This document shows positions 16,681 to 20,000 of a stretch of 20,000 nucleotides of DNA, in pieces. Position 1 is the stretch's first letter, and each line of letters begins with the position of its first letter. The stretch is from an uncultured virus (IMG/VR IMGVR_UViG_3300012259_000001) (Duplodnaviria > Heunggongvirae > Uroviricota > Caudoviricetes), in IMG/VR virus record IMGVR_UViG_3300012259_000001, positions 108,177-128,176 of that record. One strand, given 5' to 3'. Below the pieces are notes generated by a model, which saw only the letters and a list, made by a program, of their open reading frames with translations, ran no database searches and was not told where the DNA came from. A program made the position numbers and the translations under genes.

Positions 16681-17649
16681 ATGAGCACCCCAAGCCTGAT
16701 TCAACGCGCATTTAATGCGCTCTACAATCTTAACAAACCCCATCGTAATAGCGTGTTGTTTATCAAAGTGAAAGCTGCGATTAAAGCTGATGGGTGTGCC
16801 TACGTTCGCCACAACGATCTAGGAGGTCGTCAACTCGGCCTTAGTTCGCAAATTCGCATGATTACAAGTGCGGACTACGATCGCAGTAAACGCGAAGAAT
16901 CCTACGCAATATTCAACCCCTACACTCACGAACGCAGTACCTTTACCTACACCGTGGAAGAGGTTCCCAAAGCCGCACTGTTGCACGCTGGTAACTTCAG
17001 GTATGTAGCCCTCACCCAAGGTGTGGACGAACGTCTGGCGGCATCCTACGCTGCCAAGGCGATGTCGTTACACCGAGTGGTTGAGTGGGTGGTAGGTACC
17101 AATGCCGATGGTGACCTTCTGACGCTTTATTCAGGTTCTCGTCCTTGTAACAGCGCCAGTCTTTCCCAAGGCAATATCATCAACTTCAATGTTTTGGATG
17201 CTGCAACCCTGAAGTTTAAACAGATCATCCATTGGGACTACACCAAAGGTCATCTGTGGAATGCGGTGTTGAATCCTATCCCAATGGGGCGACCTTTACT
17301 CAGCCATTGGATCTTGACCAGTGAGCCTGAGAACAGTCTGTTTAACTGGACGTTCAAAACCCAACGTTACGTTGAACAAGACCATCTGAACCTGCGTAAC
17401 CAGTGGGGCGAGCCTTGTATCGAAGGTTACAAATACGGTGATCTCGTAGCTACCCCTACTTGGGTGGGTATGGTTGTTGGTGAATGTACCTCTGAAAAAG
17501 AAGTCTGTTCACTTGTGATTGTTGATTACCCAGGTCGTCGAGATGATGACGCTATTCGTTATTCCGTCCAACCGATCGAGAAAGTCTTTAGCCTAACCGA
17601 TCTGGTAGAAGCTTCCGCCCAACCTACGCTTGCTGAAATAGCTACCTAA
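16681..17649 (+). CDS. Hypothetical protein
   Basis: 322 aa from ATG 16681 (SD AAGGA). No family recognised. Confidence 0.75.
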   Translation: MSTPSLIQRAFNALYNLNKPHRNSVLFIKVKAAIKADGCAYVRHNDLGGRQLGLSSQIRMITSADYDRSKREESYAIFNPYTHERSTFTYTVEEVPKAALLHAGNFRYVALTQGVDERLAASYAAKAMSLHRVVEWVVGTNADGDLLTLYSGSRPCNSASLSQGNIINFNVLDAATLKFKQIIHWDYTKGHLWNAVLNPIPMGRPLLSHWILTSEPENSLFNWTFKTQRYVEQDHLNLRNQWGEPCIEGYKYGDLVATPTWVGMVVGECTSEKEVCSLVIVDYPGRRDDDAIRYSVQPIEKVFSLTDLVEASAQPTLAEIAT

Positions 17650-17667
17650 CTTTGTAAGGATGACGTT

Positions 17668-18102
17668 ATGTCAGAACAAAAATACGATCAGTTCCGCACC
17701 TTCCTGACCACCGAAGCCCGTGAGATCCTGTTTGTTAAACAAGAACCTGAAATCTGGGATCACTACTTTGGTGAACTCGGACCTTGTCCTGAAGGACACG
17801 TCCGTGTGTTTCACCTGACAGGCTTTATGACCGAAAGCGCTATTGTGGTATTGACCACGGTGGTGGACCGTAAGCTTCGGGAAGCCTTACCAATCATTGA
17901 CTTAAGTCAACTACCGGTGAAGCCTTCGGTATGGTTGGGTTGTCCGGAAGGTTTGGATCTAGCCATCAGCGATTGGTTCGATCAACTGAACAAGTGTCTG
18001 GTGTACCCAAGTGAAGAACAGCGTGCGTTGGATAAAGACCGTGTCTTGAGCCACTTCTGGGCTGGACTACAAGCCCATGGACGTGTATCGGTTGTTCTGT
18101 AA
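17668..18102 (+). CDS. Hypothetical protein
   Basis: 144 aa, SD TAAGGA. Confidence 0.75.
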   Translation: MSEQKYDQFRTFLTTEAREILFVKQEPEIWDHYFGELGPCPEGHVRVFHLTGFMTESAIVVLTTVVDRKLREALPIIDLSQLPVKPSVWLGCPEGLDLAISDWFDQLNKCLVYPSEEQRALDKDRVLSHFWAGLQAHGRVSVVL

Positions 18103-18106
18103 CCCT

Positions 18107-18136
18107 AAAGGCCAGTCTACTGGCCTTTTCTTTTTC
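18107..18136 (+). terminator. Intrinsic terminator
   Basis: AAAGGCCAG-TCTA-CTGGCCTTT followed by TCTTTTTC. Confidence 0.8.
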
Positions 18137-18155
18137 TACTTCTGGGAGTCTTATT

Positions 18156-18800
18156 ATGCGTACTTTGTATTTTGTAATGCCGGCGATTCTGACCCCGCAT
18201 CTGAAAGAGTTGACAGGTACCCTACGTTTACATCTTCAATGTTCTCACGAACGTGTAGTCCCCAACTTCAATGAAGACATTCTCTCTGTTGAAGTCGATG
18301 AAACGGTAGCGACTGTTTACAGTACCCCCGAAGAACATCAAAAGCTTGCAGAGATGCGCAAGCACAGACAGTACCCTGAAGGCCTGTGGACTGAAAACGA
18401 CAGCTACAGCTACTGGTACAACGGCGGTCCTGAACTGATCGCTAATGCAGAGCTGGTCGTGCCTGCGGCTTCTCGCAACTTGGAAACCGTTCCGCACATC
18501 CGCGTTATCCTGACCCACAGTGCTGAACTGCGCACCGATCCGTGGTGGTGGAATGATGAAGCCGTTAAGATCCTACTTAAAGAGTTCGCCCCGGAGTGGG
18601 CTAACATCATGTACACCGGTGTCAAGGTCAACGACAAGTCGTTTGAAGCCTTCTACATCCCGATGGTGATCAAACCCAAAGAGCTGGAGACAGCCATCGA
18701 GGGTATCTTCACAACTGCTAGCTCAGCGCTTGAGAAAATGTCCAAAGTGTTCCACAGCTTCGAACGCGACAACGAAATCGATTTCTTCTCGAACCTTTAA
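18156..18800 (+). CDS. Hypothetical protein
   Basis: 214 aa, SD GGGAG; contains a DPWWWN segment. No family recognised. Confidence 0.75.
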   Translation: MRTLYFVMPAILTPHLKELTGTLRLHLQCSHERVVPNFNEDILSVEVDETVATVYSTPEEHQKLAEMRKHRQYPEGLWTENDSYSYWYNGGPELIANAELVVPAASRNLETVPHIRVILTHSAELRTDPWWWNDEAVKILLKEFAPEWANIMYTGVKVNDKSFEAFYIPMVIKPKELETAIEGIFTTASSALEKMSKVFHSFERDNEIDFFSNL

Positions 18801-18819
18801 ACTGTAAGGCAGACACGTT

Positions 18820-19338
18820 ATGAAAAAGGAAACCATCAACAACCTTCACCAACTGAACCTCGCCTGGAGTGAGGCAGCTATGAAGTGTTATGGCGAGTGG
18901 TGTAAAGGGGTGATGGATACACTTTACAACCAGCTTGAGCCTGGTGACAAAGTGATGGCGGTGATTAACCAGCACGTGAAACAGCGTCCTGAGCTGGTGC
19001 CTTACGCACATCCTGAATCGGGATTGGTGATTCTTAACGTGTCTGCCTCAGCCGTTATCCGTTTTGAGATGGATCACACCGGGATGTCTTTCGAGGTGGG
19101 TTTGCGAGGCATTCCGCTGTATGACCATTTCGAGTGGGGTGAGATTATCTCGGTGGAAATACACAACGCAGGCAAGCCTCGTTACCAAATTCCCTTTAGT
19201 CCCCAGATGATGCTTCAGTTCACCACAGTAGCCCTTGAACCTGAACAGGCGCTGGAGGCGGCGATTCCACAACAACCCACACTCACGAGTACAGACAACG
19301 TCGTGGTGGCTAACTTCGGACAACCTCGTAGGAGTTAA
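18820..19338 (+). CDS. SspB-like (ClpXP adaptor fold) protein
   Basis: Residues about 60-118, PYAHPESGLVILNVSASAVIRFEMDHTGMSFEVGLRGIP..., align by eye with E. coli SspB EYARDGQIVLNIAPRAVGNLELANDEVRFNARFGGIP. A Pro/Gln/Glu linker and a C-terminal NVVVANFGQPRRS tail follow. Confidence 0.7.
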   Translation: MKKETINNLHQLNLAWSEAAMKCYGEWCKGVMDTLYNQLEPGDKVMAVINQHVKQRPELVPYAHPESGLVILNVSASAVIRFEMDHTGMSFEVGLRGIPLYDHFEWGEIISVEIHNAGKPRYQIPFSPQMMLQFTTVALEPEQALEAAIPQQPTLTSTDNVVVANFGQPRRS

Positions 19339-19342
19339 CATT

Positions 19343-20000
19343 ATGGAAGAGAAACCAATCGGCGTGGTTATGGAAGCAAATGTAGATGGTGGGGACGACG
19401 ACGGTCGTTACTATCACTTCTGTCAACACCCCGAAACACTGTCGATGGAAACCCTCGAGCCAAGAGGGTTATTTCTATCGCACAATGACCGTAACTGGTC
19501 CTCACCCAACCTACGTGACGTCATCACGTACGAGGTGACGTTAAAGCCTGAAACGAAGCTCAAGAAAATCTACTCGTCCTGTGACTTTGAGTGGTTGGAG
19601 CGCAACGACCTGTTCCTCCAGTACATGGATGAAGGTTACGACGGTATCGAACACCGCTTCGGTCTTGAAGACGCTGTGGTTTTTCAAAAAGGGAGTTTGT
19701 ACGAAGACTTCGAATGGGTGACGTCCAGTAATGAAAACCCACCCATGGGTGATTCTTCAAGTGACCAAATCTTTCTGTTTCGGGCCACCGATTCGGTAGA
19801 GAGCATCATTCTTTCAACTCCCTCTACGTTCCAAATGGCAACGCATTTCATCGAGGTCGTGTTGCCTCGAAAAGCACTCCCTTCCCTTGAAGAGAACTCC
19901 ATTGCGGACATTCGAGACTCACTCGAGTGTCGCAGACTGTTGCTCGAGTATGCTCCACGGGGACATTACTTTAGGTGTTGGTATGAACTTAACCCTCGTA
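19343..20000 (+). CDS. Protein with an N-terminal ADP-ribosyltransferase-like (ART-PolyVal-like) motif pattern; 3' end truncated by the window
   Basis: Not in the ORF track. ATG 19343 with SD AGGAG, open to base 20000 by hand translation. Ordered motifs YYH, GLFLS, YEVTL, GYDGI, DAVVF. Confidence 0.5.
   Translation, partial: MEEKPIGVVMEANVDGGDDDGRYYHFCQHPETLSMETLEPRGLFLSHNDRNWSSPNLRDVITYEVTLKPETKLKKIYSSCDFEWLERNDLFLQYMDEGYDGIEHRFGLEDAVVFQKGSLYEDFEWVTSSNENPPMGDSSSDQIFLFRATDSVESIILSTPSTFQMATHFIEVVLPRKALPSLEENSIADIRDSLECRRLLLEYAPRGHYFRCWYELNPR

Noticed and set aside
19439..19450. LSME in the ART-like ORF (and ISME near 12419 in the gp101-like gene) as protease sites
   Set aside because: Single occurrences inside predicted folded domains rather than in a long acidic propeptide; could be chance.

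Overview
This window is from a phiKZ-like (Chimalliviridae-type) jumbo phage genome; no host genes, RNA genes, CRISPR arrays or IS elements are seen. Bases 1-13.7 kb hold the conserved virion block. It has two minus-strand baseplate/tail-type genes (phiKZ gp87/gp88-like) set back-to-back with plus-strand head genes (gp89/gp90-like) and an internal head protein with an SME-rich acidic propeptide. A gp98-gp101-like operon ending in thymidylate kinase follows, then a convergent small virion protein. Accessory genes interrupt this block: a DUF2591/NinX-like gene, and a two-gene cassette (unknown 300-aa protein behind a TATATTAC early promoter, then a clear Tad1-family immune-signal sponge). Bases 13.8-20 kb are a plus-strand accessory region with a Nudix hydrolase, an SspB-like ClpXP adaptor, a truncated ORF with an ADP-ribosyltransferase-like motif pattern and several unknowns. 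Recurrent cis-elements are visible: TAYATTAY-N4-GTGA (early promoter-like), TATNGTATG (late promoter-like), hairpins flanked by TATGCC(G), and a palindromic double Shine-Dalgarno between the divergent structural genes. All homology calls come from recalled motifs and synteny, not from database searches; phiKZ gene numbers are tentative.
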